In this document: in pieces, positions 42,151 to 57,047 of the stretch
Position numbering within the stretch: the first letter of the stretch is position 1
Layout of the letters: each line of letters begins with the position of its first letter
NCBI GenBank assembly: GCA_964016885.1
Contig: OZ024742.1
Location: 152,272,001 to 152,336,000, forward strand
Length of the DNA: 64,000 nt
Direction of reading: 5' to 3'
Source: Eledone cirrhosa
Taxonomy: Eukaryota
Translations under genes and position numbers: made by a program
Notes under the pieces: generated by a model
Told to the model about the DNA's origin: nothing
Database searches by the model: none
What the model saw: only the letters and a program-made list of their open reading frames with translations

Positions 42151-42360
42151 GAGGGCGGTGGGTTGGCAGTATTGGTAGAGCGTTGCATAACATGCTTTAT
42201 GGTTTAAAGTTACAGACGTTTACGTTCTGAGTTCAAATCCTACCGGTGTTTGCTTTCATTCTTACGGGATTGATAAAATAAAGTACCAGTAATGCATTAG
42301 GGGCGTTTTAATCGTCTTTTAACTCCCCCAAATTTGTTGTCTCTTTGCTTAAATCAGGAA
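42151..42360 (+). mobile_element. Octopus-type tRNA-derived SINE
   Basis: GGCGGTGGGTTGGCAG..TACGTTCTGAGTTCAAATCC..GATAAAATAAAGTACCAG. Confidence 0.7.
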
Positions 42361-42384
42361 TATTTATAGTACTATGAATGTATG

Positions 42385-42660
42385 TGACCTGTTTGTTAGG
42401 GTGTTGGATTTACAATCGTGTGTTCGATTCCTATACCGGGTGGCGCATTGTGTACTTGAGCAAAACACTTTATTTTAAGTTGCTTTCGTACCCTCATCTA
42501 AAACTGGCTACCAGCAGTACATGAAGGTTAACCCTGTGATAATATGGTGTCATTTCTAGTAAGGTGCGTTGTGATCTGTCATCTACCCCCCCCCCCAAAA
42601 AAAAAACAGTTGGGGGATAAGCCCTTGCCTGATGAGCCTCTGGCCTTAGGTCATGTTCTA
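42385..42660 (+). mobile_element. Degenerate CORE-like SINE
   Basis: GTTCGATTCC..CTTGAGCAAAACACTTTATTT, shared with 16370-16700. Confidence 0.5.
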
Positions 42661-43156
42661 ATTTAACATCTAACTGGTAGCAATATTACGGCTTGTTCTA
42701 TATCACTATTGGTAGTTTAAGCAGACATTTGGTTGCAAACATCTCTACCCCTATCGCATGTTCAGGTAGGTTTCATTTTAGGTGTTCGGTGAATTTTATG
42801 TGTATATTCGCTGTTGCATGTTTTCTTTTTGTTTTTTTCTTTATAATCAATGTTCTCTGCTGTGGAGAGTTCTTTGGCAGAAATAGGATTAGCGTAGTTC
42901 ATAATGGGTATATTGTATTGTTTGTACGCCAGTGTTATACATCTGCGTGCACTAAGCCTTTTAGTGTAAGTTTTGCATATTTATTCCATCTCCTTCGTGT
43001 TATGATTGTTATACTTTGGGAGGGTCATGTTGCCAATAAGAAACACACGCACCAGTTGCTTTCACTTCAATTTACTATAATAAATTTATAAATTTAGGAA
43101 TTTATAAATTTCTGGTTGGTTGGTTGGTTCCACAACCAGATGATTGTTTATATATT

Positions 43157-43199
43157 GTCAAAGTTCTTTCGTCACACATTCTGTGACCTCTTCAGTGAC
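43157..43199 (-). ncRNA. Minimal hammerhead ribozyme, family F
   Basis: Reverse complement of 51061-51103. Confidence 0.77.
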
Positions 43200-43400
43200 T
43201 GGGGGATTCTTTTCTTTGTTTTGTGTGCCTCTCCTTTGTTCTGTCCTACGCCATCTTGTTTGTGTGTGTGTTGTGTGCTTAGTTTCCGCATGTCTTACAT
43301 CCGGGTGTCTGTGTGTGTTTATATTTGTTTATTTATTTGTTTATTTACATGTTACTGGTTGGTGGTTTGTTCTATGTGCGTGTGTGTTTTCATTTTGTCC

Positions 43401-46400
43401 TTAATTGTAAGTTGTGATGTTGCTATTCCATTCATGCTTTCTATTTAATTTTGTTTGGAGTTCATTTATGTTTATTGCCTCTGTGATTTGTCTAAATATT
43501 GCGTCTTTTCTGTGTGTTGAATCTATTTTTATTTCTATGTTCTCTAATTTACCCCTATGTTCTATTTTAGCATGTTGGTGGAGTACAGATGATTCTTTAC
43601 TATCTTGAAGGTCTCGCCAGTGTTCATGTATCCGTTCCCCTATACTACGAGCTGTCTCACCTATGTACACTATATTTTTATCTCTACATTGTCCTTCAGT
43701 ACATCTTATGCTATATACTACATTTCTAGTTTTACAGTTAATATGGGGGCTTAATTTACAGATTATACATTTCTAATCTATACAGGGAGGTCTTTGAAAA
43801 GGGTATGTATTGCTAATAAGTGTTTTTATGGAGGTACCTGGTCTTTGTACTATCTTAATATTGAGTTTATATTTATCTAGGGCCGTTCTAAATTTGTAAG
43901 CTAATTCACTTCTACGGGTTGTATCGATGAACATTACACTCTGGTATTTATTGCTATCATACCATGAGTTTATTCTATTAACCTTATTCCTAGTTCTTTC
44001 TATTCTATTCCAAAATTTGCTCCTATACAAGGGGCAGGTCCCATTTGTGTCATTATTTACCATTTTTCCCATTTGGTTCTGGCTCCTCTATATACTCTGA
44101 ATTTATCTCTCTGATTGTAACCAGAGAACTGCATACGGTGGATGAAGTGTTGTATGTGTCTCTCTAGTTCTTCGGGGTTGCACATGCGGTACACGTTTCT
44201 CATCACCCGTACCAAATCTGCAATCAGTATGTTGATTTTGGTATGGTCCGAAACAGCTGAGTTTCGGTGGATCAGATATTTGGAAGTCATGGGTTTGGCA
44301 TAATGGGAATGGAGGATTTGTTTTTTGTTATTAATGGTATCTAACCAGAGCTCTGTGTCTAGTGCAGGTAATCGATGGTTGGGTTATTTGCTTGGGTAGT
44401 CTATAGTAACTCTAATACTCTGGTGGATGGCGTCAGCTTTTTGCTGGACGCTTTCCATGGTGTTTTTCTCTAATTCCAGACTGTTTTCTAGTGGGGGTGT
44501 TTTTACTACGATGTTTATATCATCAACGTAGCGGGAGTACATTATCAGGGTTAAGGGGTCTTCTAGTTGTTCTTTAAGTTTAAGTTTAAGTCTATTGTCC
44601 CACCACACCATGAATAGGTTAGCTATGTCGCCTGCAATGCTAACACCAATGGCTGCTCCCTCCTCTTGGGCATATGTTTTTCCATTAAATTTGAACATTT
44701 GTTCCTTAAGTGTTAATGTTATGCTGGCCCCACCGCATGTGCAATCATTTTCTTTAGTTCATCGTGGTTTTCGGGGGTCCGTATGGCTCTGGTCCACCCG
44801 TTCCATCTATCTGTGTCGGGTTTCTTGGCCATTGAGGTAATGGTAGGTGGTCTGCCACTTGCTGGTCTCGTAGGGCACAGGTTGCTAAGGCCATATGTAT
44901 CTAGATAATTATTACTATAGGTAAGTTTAAGTAGGAATCGTAGCTCACTGATATCAATCCCAGGGAATTCAACATTGCCCTCACTGATCATTTTTACGCA
45001 TTTCTCCACAGCAAAATCCACGTCAATAGATGGATATAGGGACACAATATCCATACTACATATTATGCAGTTTGTTAGGTCCCTAGATCGGTTACTCTCA
45101 CCGATTCTGCTGATGAGGACCTCCGTGCTGTCACATATATCTGGGGACATTTCAATGATGGGGCGTATGATCAGGGAGAGGAAGTAGGAAAGTCTGTAGT
45201 TACTAGCAATGTTAGCTCCACAGACTGGCCGTGTTGGTGGTCTTGTGACAAGGGTCACTGCTCGCTTTATTGTCTTTTCAAAGCCCATACAACGCTGGCA
45301 CGTCATTGTTCCAGGCCTGGAAGTCGGTGGCAGTCCTTTTGTTGGGCTGCATTATATTTGTCCACATCATCATATGGGCATTGCGCGTTTTTTCCCTATC
45401 CTCATGCTCCCGTGGTGTTACTTCTCTTGTGTTAGTGATGTGGGGTTGCATTGCCTGGATGTAGTTTGACAGACTGTCAACCGACATGCTGCCAGACTTG
45501 TCTGTTGGAAAGCATGCAATCTCTCCATTACGAGAGCGCTGCAGGAGCTTACGCAAACCATTTGTAGAATTGTCTCCCAGTTGCTGGGCCTCCATTCTAT
45601 TATGCTTCTTGCTATACTGTTCTATAATATTTCTAAGTTTAGATCTAGCTATACTAAATTGTGCTTCAGTTTGTTCATCGACCTGCGACGGCAATTGCGT
45701 GCGTTTGTTAAAAGCTGAAGTCATGGTGTGGACTCGTCGCAGGTCGAACGACTTATCGGAAGAATTATAAAAAGTAGAGTTCCAGGCAGCTGCTTTATGT
45801 GTAATCATGCTATTGTTATTTTAGTTGTGTTGTTTCTATTTCCACCAACAGCCTCATGGTTGTTTCTATGTCTCTCATTATTACTCCTGTCTCTTTCCTC
45901 TGGCTCATTGTTATTATCTACTTTATTTTGTGTGTCTGTGTGTTCGTCCTGGTTATTTTCTCTGTCCATAGTTTCCCTTCTTTCAATCCTATTACCTTCC
46001 CTTATTTCTGTGCTACTGGTATTACCTGTTTTCTGTGTCTGTGTGTTTGTTAAGATTGTGGTGGCAGTGAGAGGCATTGAATGTGTGTGTTGTTGTTGTT
46101 GTTGTTGATGTGTGCTGTTGTTGATGTGTGTTGTTGTTGTTGTCTCCGTGCATGTTATTATTGTTGTGGTGTGTTGTTATTGTTGTTTGTGTCTGCGTGT
46201 CTGTTGTTGTTGTTTCGAATTATGTTATTATTGTTGATGTGTGTGTTGTTGTTATTCGTTGTTTGTGTCTGTGTGTCTGTTGTTGTTGGATGTTTGTTAT
46301 ATATGTGTGTGTGTGTGCGTATGTTATTACTTTTGTTTTTGTTTTTGAGGCACCAAAGTAATTTTGTAAATGATTTTTCTATTTCTGACAAGCATTTTAT

Positions 46401-46666
46401 CATATTTACCTTATTATATGTGGCATATTTAGGTGGTAGTTATAATATAGATAATTCATCAGAGTCGACCGTAGTGTTGCTGTATATATTTGTGTTGTTG
46501 TTGAATTCATCTGTTAATGAGATGTCGGCCATATTTATATCGTCAATTTTGTCGGGATATCTATCGATATTCTCTAAAGTATCTTGATTTAGTTTTATCT
46601 GTTTGAGCCACTTTAGTTTCTTGTTAAAGTGCTTGTCACATTCTTGAACAATGTACTTTTCTTCAA
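43401..46666 (-). pseudogene. PLE family F ORF (inverted copy), disrupted
   Basis: FPTDKSG, RPVCGA, SMDIVSLYPSI, GAAIG, YSRYVDD, YIGETARS. Confidence 0.9.
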
Positions 46667-47061
46667 GAGTCATCTATTCTCTTCCAACATGCTAAAATAG
46701 AACATAAGGGTAAATTAGAGAACATAGAAATAAAAATAGAATCTACACACAGAAAACACGCAATGTTTAGACAACTCACAGAGGCAATAAACATAAATGA
46801 ACTCCAACCAAAATTAAATAGAAAACATGAATGGAACAGTAACATCACACCTTACAATTAAGGACAAAATAAAAACACACACGCACATAGAACAAACAAC
46901 CAACTACTAACATGTAAATAAACAAATAAATAAACAAATATAAACACACACAGACACCCGGATGTTACACATGCGCAAACTAAGCACACAACACACACAA
47001 AAACAAGATGGCGTAGGACAGAACAAAGGAGAGGCACACAAAACAAAGAAAAGAAACACCA

Positions 47062-47104
47062 GTCACTGAAGAGGTCACAGAATGTGTGACGAAAGAACTT
47101 TGAC
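47062..47104 (+). ncRNA. Minimal hammerhead ribozyme, family F (5' pLTR)
   Basis: GTCA-CTGAAGA-gGTCACA..TGTGAC-GAAAGAACTT-TGAC. Confidence 0.78.
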
Positions 47105-47232
47105 AATATATAAACAATCATCTGGTTGTGGAATCAACCAACCAACCGGAAATTTTAAAATTCCTAAATTTATAAATTTATTATAATAAATTGAAGTGAA
47201 AGCAACTGGTGCGTGTGTTTCTTATTGGCAAC

Positions 47233-50200
47233 ATGACCCTCCAAAAGTATAAAAATTTCGGTTTCAACAGACGTTTTCAGATAAAGAATCTTGCTAAACA
47301 AATGCAGAAACGAAATATCGTAAGCCATAGCCAGGTTAACAAGATACTGAAAACCACCATGTTCTGTTGTCTAAGAAAAACAATAACATCTCGATAACTA
47401 CACTTCATAAAAGCATGTGCCTTGTCCCGAGTTTACACCAACACCATCAACACCGATGTAAGGAGATTACAGCTCACCAAAAAGCAAGCAGATATGCTAA
47501 AACGAACACTAATTCTAAACATAAAAAAGAAGATTTATAGAGTATTAAGTCATCAAATAAAACATAAGCATAACCTAATACAAGATATAACTAAGATCAC
47601 CTCACCAAGAGAAACATTAATATTTATAAACCTTATATGTTTTGAAGAAAAGTACATTGTTCAAGAATGTGACAAGCACTTTAACAAGAAACTAAAGTGG
47701 CTCAAACAGATAAAACTAAAAGAAGATACTTTAGAGAATATCGATAGATATCCCGACAAAATTGACGATATAAGTATGACCGACATCTCATTAACAGATG
47801 AATTCAACAACACAAACACAAATATATACGGCAACATTACGGTCGACTCTGATGAATTATCTATATTATAACTACCACCTAAATATGCCACATATAATAA
47901 GGTAAATATGATAAAATGCTTGTCAGAAATAGAAAAATCATTTACAAAATTACGTTGGAGCCTAAAAAAAAAACCAAAAGTAACAACATACGCACGCACA
48001 CACACATATACAACACACATCCCAACAACAACATACACACAGACACAAACAACGAATAACAACAACACACACATCAACAATAATAACATACTCAGAAACA
48101 ACAACAGACACGCAGACACAAACAACAATAACAACACACATCAACAACAGCACACATCATCAACAACAACACACACACATTCAATGCCTCTCACCACCAC
48201 CACAATCTTAACAAACACACAGACACAGAAAACAGGTAATTACAGTAGCACAGAAATAAGGGAAGGTAATAGGATTGAAAGGAGGAGGGAGACTAGGGAC
48301 AGAGAAAATAACCAGGAAGAACACACAGACAGACAAAATAGAGTAGATAATAACAATGAGCCAGAGGAAAGAGACAGGAGTAATAATGAGAGACAGAAAC
48401 AACCATGAGGCTGTTGGTGGAAATAGAAATAGAAAAAACACAACTAACAATAACAATAGTATTAGTACACATAAAGCAGCAGCCTGGAACTCTACTTTTT
48501 TATAATTCTTCCGATAAGTCGTTCGACCTGCTACGAGTCCACACCGCGCCTTTAGCTTTTAACAAACGCACGCAATTGCCGTCGCAGGTCGATGAACAAA
48601 CAGAAGCACAATTTAGATCTAAACTTAGAAATATTATAGAACAGTATAGCAAGAAGCATAATAGAATGGAGGCCCAGCAACTGGGAGAAAAATCTACAAA
48701 TGGCTTGCGTAAGCTCATGCAGCGCTCGCTAACAGGAGATATTGCATGCTTTCCAACAGATAAGTCTGGAAGAATGTCGGTTGACAGTCTGTCAAACTAC
48801 ATCGAGTCAATGCAACCCCACATCACTAAAACAAGAGAAGTAACACCACAAGAGCATGAGGATAGGGAAAAAACCCTCAATGCCCATATGATGATGTGGA
48901 CAAATATAATGCAGCCCAATAAAAGGACTGCGACCAACTTCCAGGCCTGGAACAATGACGTGTTAGCGTTGTATGGGCTTTGAAAATACCATAAAACGAG
49001 CAGTGACCTTGTCACAGGACCACCAACGCGGCCAGTCTGTGGAGCTAACATTGCTAGTAACTACAGACTTTCCTACTTCCTCTCCCTGATCATACGCCCC
49101 ATCATTGAAATGTCCCCAGATATATGTGACAGCACGGAGCTCCTCCTCAGCAGAATCGGCGAGAGGAACCGATCTAGAGACCTAACAAACTGCATAATAG
49201 GTAGTATGGATGTTGTCTCCCTGTATCCATCTATTGACGTGGATTTTGCTGTGGAGAAATGCGTAGAAATGATCAGTGAGGGCAATGTTGAATTCCCTGG
49301 GATTGATACCAGTGAGCTGCGACTCCTACTTAAACTTACCTATAGTAATAATTATCTAGATACATATGGCCTTAGCAACCTGTGCCCTACAAGACCAGCA
49401 AGAGGCAGACCACCTACCATTACCATTATGGCCAAGAAAACCCACACAGATGGATGGAACGGGTGGACCAAAGCCATACGGACCCCCGAAAACCACGATG
49501 AACTAAAGAAAATGATTGCACATGCGGTGGGGCCAGCATAAAATTAACCCTTAAGGAACATATGTTCAAATTTAATGGTAAAACATATGCCCAAGAGGAG
49601 GGAGCAGCCATTGGTGTTAGCATTGCAGGCGACATAGCTAACCTATTCATGGCATGGTGGGACAATAGACTTAAACTTAAACTTAAAGAACAACTAGAAG
49701 ACCCCTTAACCCTGATAATGTACTCCCGCTACGTTGATGATATAATCATCGTAGTAAAAACACCCCCACTAGAAAACAGTCTGGAATTAGAGAAAAACAC
49801 CATGGAAAGCGTCCAGCAAAAAGCTGACGCCATCCACCAGAGTATTAGAGTTACTATAGACTACCCAAGCAAATAACCCAACCATCGATTATCTGCACTA
49901 GACACAGAGCTCTGGTTAGATACCATTAATAACAAAAAACAAATCCTCCATTCCCATTATGCCAAACCCATGACTTCCAAATATCTGATCCACCGAAACT
50001 CAGCTGTTTCGGAACATACCAAAATCAACATACTGATTGCAGATTAGGTACGGGTGATGAGAAACGTGTACCGCATGTGCAACCCCGAAGAACTAGAGAG
50101 ACACATACAACACTTCATCCACCGTATGCAGTTGTCTGGTTACAATCAGAGAGATAAAATCAGACTTTATAGAGGAGCCAGAACCAAATGGGAAAAATGG

Positions 50201-50859
50201 TAAATAATGACACAAATGGGACCTGCCCCTTGTATAGGAGCAAATTTTGGAATAGAATAGAAAGAACTAGGAAAAAGGCTAATAGAATAAACTCATGGAT
50301 TGATAGCAATAAATACCAGAGTGTAATGTTCATCGATACAACCCCTAGAGGTGAATTAGCTTACAAATTTAGAGAGGCCCTAGATAAACATAAACTCAAC
50401 ATTAAGATAGTAGAAAGACTAGGTACCTCCATAAAAACATTTATTAGCAATTCATACCCTTTCCAAAGATCTCGATGTATAGATAACAAATGTACAATCT
50501 GTAAATTAAGCCCCCATATTAACTGTAAAACTAGAAATGTAGTATATATCATAAGATGTACTGAAGGACAATGTAGAGATAAAAATATAGTGTACATAGG
50601 TGAGACAGCTCGTAGTATAGGGGAACGGATAAATGAACACTGGCGAGACCTTCAAGAAAGTAAATAATCATATGTACTCCACCAACATGCTAAAATAGAA
50701 CATAAGGGTAAATTAGAGAACATAGAAATAAAAATATAATCTAGACACAGAAAAGACGCAATGTTTAGACAACTCACAGAGGAAATAAAAATAAATGAAC
50801 TCTAACCAAAAATAAATAGAAAGCTTGAATGGAACAGCAACATCACAACTTACAATTAA
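47233..50859 (+). pseudogene. Full-length PLE polyprotein (~1200 codons; N-terminal and low-complexity region, RT, Cys linker, GIY-YIG), disrupted
   Basis: Starts MTLQKYKNFGFN; RT motifs GSMDVVSLYPSID and YSRYVDD; CIDNKCTIC..NC; VVYIIRC..VYIGETARSIGERINEH. Several stops and frameshifts. Confidence 0.92.
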
Positions 50860-51060
50860 GGACAAAATGAAAACACACACGCACATGGAACAAACCACCA
50901 ACCAGTAACATGTAAATAAACAAATAAATAAACAAATATAAACACACACAGACACCCGGATGTAACACATGCGGAAACTAAGCACACAACACACACAAAA
51001 ACAAGATGGCGTAGGACAGAACAAAGGAGAGGCACAAAAAACAAAGAAAAGAATCCCCCA

Positions 51061-51103
51061 GTCACTGAAGAGGTCACAGAATGTGTGACGAAAGAACTTT
51101 GAC
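51061..51103 (+). ncRNA. Minimal hammerhead ribozyme, family F (3' pLTR)
   Basis: Same motif as 47062-47104. Confidence 0.78.
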
Positions 51104-51311
51104 AATATATAAACAATCATCTGGTTGTGGAACCAACCAACCAACCAGAAATTTATAAATTCCTAAATTTATAAACTTATTATAGTAAATTGAAGTGAAA
51201 GCAACTGGTGCGTGTGTTTCTTATTGGCAACATGACCCTCCCAAAGTATAACAATATCGGTTTCAACACACGTTTTCAGATAAAGAATCTTGCTAAACAA
51301 ATTCAGAAACG

Positions 51312-51998
<687 letters not shown>

Positions 51999-52110
51999 AT
52001 TAAAATACTGGAGCGTGTTGGAGTTAAACACCCTCTTCGTATTATAGAAATGACAGTAAAAGGTTAATGTAATTAAACAGAGCCGAAGAATTATGACAAT
52101 ATATATATAT

Positions 52111-52310
52111 ATAGGAGAAAGTATGACCCCGACCGCAGAGCTCAAGCCGTTTCGACGGCTATTTCTAGTCCAGAAATAGCCGTCAAAACGGCTTGAGGTC
52201 TGCCGTCGGTGTCATACTCTCTCCTATTACCCACTCTACTACCCTAAGTGTTGAGTTCTCTGGTGCGTTATGGTCCATCTGGTGCCTTACCACCTTACCA
52301 CAACTCCTAT
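52111..52310. mobile_element. Tiny fold-back of a family C end (HHR 3' halves only)
   Basis: 52111-52166 is inverted to 52171-52228; tail on the right. Confidence 0.78.
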
Positions 52311-52358
52311 ATATGTATATATATATATAATGGTTTTGATTGGACTACCCATGTAAAC

Positions 52359-52448
52359 TTGCATATCTGAGGAAGTATCGATTGAGAGTCGGGATCCGAT
52401 CGCCTGATTAAACTCGAGTTCATTGATAGAAACAGTTGTAATATGCAA
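52359..52448 (+). ncRNA. Hammerhead ribozyme, family J
   Basis: TTGCATAT-CTGAGGA-agTATCGAT..ATTGATA-GAAA-CAGTTG-TA-ATATGCAA (8-bp stem I). Confidence 0.8.
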
Positions 52449-52518
52449 TAAAGTTTCATAACAAGCTGCACATTTTCTATTCTCTCTCTTTCTTTACCTC
52501 CTCTCCGTCTCTACTCTT

Positions 52519-52590
<72 letters not shown>

Positions 52591-52594
52591 CGCG

Positions 52595-52633
<39 letters not shown>

Positions 52634-52688
52634 GGATAAAACATGATACATATATATATATATATATATATACGGATAAAACACGATG

Positions 52689-52742
<54 letters not shown>

Positions 52743-52744
<2 letters not shown>

Positions 52745-52874
52745 CGAAGGTAGTGTTGTAAGGAACCAGGTGGACCATAACACACCTGTGTACTCGATAC
52801 TTAGTGTAGTAGAGTGGCTCAAGCTGTTGAAACGGCCGGAGCTCAGCCGTCGTGATCCTGACTCCTTTCCTACA
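52743..52874. mobile_element. Tiny family C tail plus oppositely oriented short end
   Basis: Minus-strand tail 52743-52817 is fused to plus-strand GAAACGGC..GCCGTC..TTCCTAC. Confidence 0.7.
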
Positions 52875-53631
52875 TATATATATATATATATATATTTATG
52901 TATGTGTGTGTGTGGGTATGTATGTAGTATATATTTAGAACCTTTCGACGCACTTTTTTTACTATAAAATTAGACTAAACTAGGCATATAACCCCCTGCA
53001 TGAATAAAATGTAGAAAGATTTATCCATGAGATTCGAACTTATACCACCCATAAACCGTGTAGCTATGCTTGCATTACACCAAAGTGACATTGGTTCCGT
53101 CTCCGTTAATTAAAGCTATATCAATCAGCTAGGATAAACAAACTGTTTATTTTAAGAATCGTTGAGTTACGAACACTGACTTACAGCATCTTGTACAATA
53201 TATTAAAACACAATTGTTGTAGGTATCGTATAATCATAAGAAACATTTAAAGAAACATTTAGGAAATAAATAAACTGGAGCAAGCCCGGTGGAGGAACAA
53301 GAAAAGAAAGTGAAGAAAAGAGCACAAAAACGAGGAGAAACCATTAGACTAAGCGAAATAGAAAATAGAAAAAGAAGGGGGCAAAGAAGGAGAAGATGGA
53401 AGAGAAAAGATGAAGAATAAAAAGGAAACGGAGGAGGTAAAGTTGAGAAGGGGGAGAGAGAGGAACATTAAGAGAATAAGGCAAATGCTATGATAGCTAT
53501 AGATGTTAAATAAAATATTGCAAATTATATGGAAAACCAGTGGATAATTGCCCAAGGCGAAAGTGATTGATCAATGCCAAGAGGTAAAGATGTGCATTAG
53601 TAGAAGTATTGATATAAGTTATATATATATA

Positions 53632-53720
53632 CAGGTTGTTCCCTCCAAAATGTATGCACACTTTCACAGGCAATATTTATTAGAATGCTGTTGGAGTGTG
53701 TATACATTTTTGGACACCTG
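53632..53720. mobile_element. 89-bp Tc1/mariner-type MITE
   Basis: Imperfect TIRs CAGGTTG..AAAATGTATGCACACT / AGTGTGTATACATTTTTGGACACCTG with TA flanks. Confidence 0.6.
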
Positions 53721-55300
53721 TATATATATGCATGCATATTAACACATGCATAAATAGATAACATATTATATACAACATATGACGGTGGCAGCTACCTTAC
53801 GCACGAGTATAGCCACCGCTTGAAATTTGTATAACGCTGCTGTGTTTGTGTGGCACAGATGTGAGTTTTCAGGTCAGCAAGTTTCCTACATTCTCTGTCA
53901 AACAGGTTAGAGACATTGGCCTTGTGAAATCAGTATCGGTGGGTGGATGCCATGTACTTTCATCCGTCACCTCAAGCCCCATGCTGATCGTCAGAATTTA
54001 CCACACTGACTTCAGATTGTTATACTATACGCACCAACGTAATATGCAACAGACCTTTTACATGGCATTTTTGTGACTGTTTAATCCAGCTTTTCTGCGG
54101 CAGACACTTCTACACTGATTGCAGGCCTCCTTGATCTCCTGCACTTCATGGGAGTATAACCCTTCCTCACAACTCACTTTTTAACCTTTCATAACTTTTT
54201 CGGATCGTTTCGAAATGTAATTTCTCTTTATTTAGAACCGAGTTCGATCATTGTCAAATTGTTCTCCATCTCCATTAGAGACGGCAGCTTTCATCAGTGA
54301 TGTTTTCACGCAGTCATCGAATCTCATTTTAGGTTTATAACTTGGACATTTTCTATTCCTTAGCTCACTATAAAAGAGTTACCGACCTACATGTTCTACC
54401 CATCGAGGGCGGTACTGTAATATGATTGGCTTGATAATCAGTCAGGGACTTCGTTATACAACTTCAAATATAGATCCTAGAATCGAAGAAGACACTGCTG
54501 GTGAAAGCTTTCCAGGAGTTTAAGACGCCTCGGGTAAGTAACCCACGTCTTACAAGCATACAATAGAGATGGCAATACACAGGTTACGTAGCCCTTAACT
54601 TTAGTATCAATAGAAATACCCTGTTGAGATCATAGTCAATTTGTCAAATTTTCAAAAGAATTCAAAAACTGTACTGAATCTTAATGATACATACATGCAT
54701 GCGTACATATACACATACACATACAAATATATATACACAACAAAAATACAGACACCACTAACACAAACACTTCCCCAATAACATCAGCACCAACATCAAC
54801 ATCAACACCACCGAAACGCAAACAACCTAAACAAATACAAGAACAAATAAACACCTGAAATTGCAGACACCACACTACAAAAAACACAGACATACCCGAA
54901 ACAACACCACCAAAACCATTACCACCACAGTCATCAAAACGAAAACAAATAAAACCATACCAACAAAATATTAAAAACTTCGTGCTTGTCAGAAGGGCCA
55001 ACGATAAACTGATGGCCCTCTGAGCACGAGCGAGGACATTCAAACAGAGGGGGAGATCTTTGAAATGAGCACATTTTGCGTGCCAGAAGATTTGCTTCTG
55101 GTCCGAATGTCGCTCGATTCCTTCAAAGAAATTCGGGAGAGCTTTCCTCAAGACGTGGGAACCCCGAATGTGAACCCCACATCGAGAATTTTAAAAGGGT
55201 TCCCAAAAGAAACCCCACCAACCATGGACGTCGAACCACCCGACCTTCACAAGACCCCGAGAGGTAAGTAAACCTTCCCTCTCTCTTTTAGCTTGCCAAC

Positions 55301-56820
55301 ATGGCCATATTAAGAGTAGGAAGTTTAAATATTCGCGGCCTGGGGTCACCCTGGAAGCAGGGTCATCTGCTCAACGACCTCAGGTCTCTGGAAATGGATG
55401 TTATTGCCGTCAGCGAGAGCAGAAATTCCGATACGCGCGCACTAGCCCCCATTTTCGACGACTATCAGATCTTCGCATCTGTTAGCAGGACGGGAATGGG
55501 AGGTGGGCTAGCAGTGCTGTTTAGGAAAGGACTGGATCTCCAGGTAAGGTCGATCTTCCGGGAACCGGACGGTGAGTTGGTGGTCTTGGATGTGAGCAGT
55601 AGCGAAAATGGTGCCTTTAGATTGTTGGCCGTCTACGCCCCTACTGGGGACGGACGACCGGACTTCTTTAGGCGCATGGAGACCTTTGTGGGTACGTCTC
55701 GCCCTTTACTGTTAGCGGGGAACTAGAACGGCATCTTAGACGCACGCTGGGATTGTGTGTGAGTAGCTGATAGGAGCGGGGAGTGCAAAAGCCCCAAGCA
55801 CCTAATCACCAGTTCCAACTGTCTGATAGATTTCGACAAAATTTCCCCAATGCGCCAGTGTGGACATGAATAAACCGCATGGGGTCATCTAGATCGTATA
55901 TAGACATGATCTTCATTAGGAAAATAGAGAGAAATAGTGTAGGCTGCCCACCTTTTAAAACGGTCGCCTATTCAGATCACAAATTTGTGATCTGTATGGT
56001 CGGTCTAGATAAAACGCGTAGATCGGGACCGGGTTACTGGAAGCTGAACATGTCATTTCCGGCACGTAAGGCTTACAGGGACCGAGTCAACAATCTAGTT
56101 ATGCAAAAGTTGACAGGGGCGGTCATCAACAACAGATGGTGGGGGAGGCTCTCAAAAGAGAGATTAGAGAAATTTCGATAGAGTTCCGAAAAGAACTAGC
56201 GTTAGAGAAAAATAGAAAGGAGGCGGAGATGGTAGATAAGTAAGATGAGGCTATTTGTAGAGGCATTGCAACTGACGTGCTAGCAGCGAGAATGGCATTA
56301 GACCATTTCTTCAATGCGAAACACGAAGGTTGCATTGTCAGAGCTAAGGACGAGCTTGGGACGAGGTAACGAGAGGGTAGCCAGTCTCATCAATAAATGG
56401 GCTGCGAGGAACTATCGCTGAAAGGTCACGCAGAGGTGGCGAATGCGTACATCGCGACCGTCATCTACTATCGCCTGGCAGTCGTGCCTTGCCCCCGTCA
56501 GCGCCTCATCAAGTTGGAACGGCTCCTCTTCAAATTCTTGTGGATGGGACAAGTTCCGTTGTTGAGGCGATCCATCTGTTGCCAGCAGCCTCTACGCGGA
56601 GGGCTGGGCATGCCGTGGATAATGATACGCAGACATGCGCTGAGGCTGCGACATCTCCAGATATTCTGCCTAAACGGTGAACAGGTGTGGTCGCCGTTTA
56701 TCAGACGAGCCTTTCCGCAGCTCGTTTCTTTGACTGAGCTGCAGTCCTGGATCAAGAAGAGACCGGGACTGGGTGACTGACACCTGGAATGTTGCCAGGA
56801 ACTCACTGCCCTCTACCAAC
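55301..56820 (+). pseudogene. Tx1/L1-like LINE ORF2: APE endonuclease and post-RT region, RT core deleted
   Basis: GSLNIRGL..IAVSESR..AVYAP..LLAGN; SYID; YSDHKFV; GYWKLN; then FKFLW..GGLGMP. Confidence 0.88.
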
Positions 56821-57003
56821 TTTTATCTTCGGCCAATCCCTCATCAACTTCGTCAAGTTTCACCTGGAAAGGAAGATGATGGTGGAGAGAGAAGTGCTGC
56901 CCTCCCCCCTATACATTTGCTAAAACGTGGATGAATGTGGCGAGGATATATATTTATCCTTATCGAACCCTCTTTGGATTTTAGTCTTCACATTTATTAT
57001 TAT

Positions 57004-57047
<44 letters not shown>

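Larger units (their letters stand above)
43005..51315. mobile_element. Full-length PLE, family F (46661-51315, +, two direct pLTRs), preceded by a 3.66-kb inverted copy (43005-46666, -)
   Basis: 46672-47312 is repeated at 50667-51315 (pLTRs). 43005-46666 is the reverse complement of 47642-51255. Confidence 0.93.

Noticed and set aside
48981-48983. In-frame TGA in both family F arms as possible selenocysteine recoding
   Set aside because: It falls in the LYGLxK RT motif, where Cys is not expected. It is explained by CGA>TGA, co-occurs with frameshifts and a TAA, and no SECIS was identified.
53030-53110. tRNA-like segment on the minus strand (GTTCGAATCTC)
   Set aside because: No convincing cloverleaf; probably a decayed SINE head.
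54475-54518. HHR-like TCGAAGA..GAAAGCTT
   Set aside because: Core spacing and stem II do not fit.
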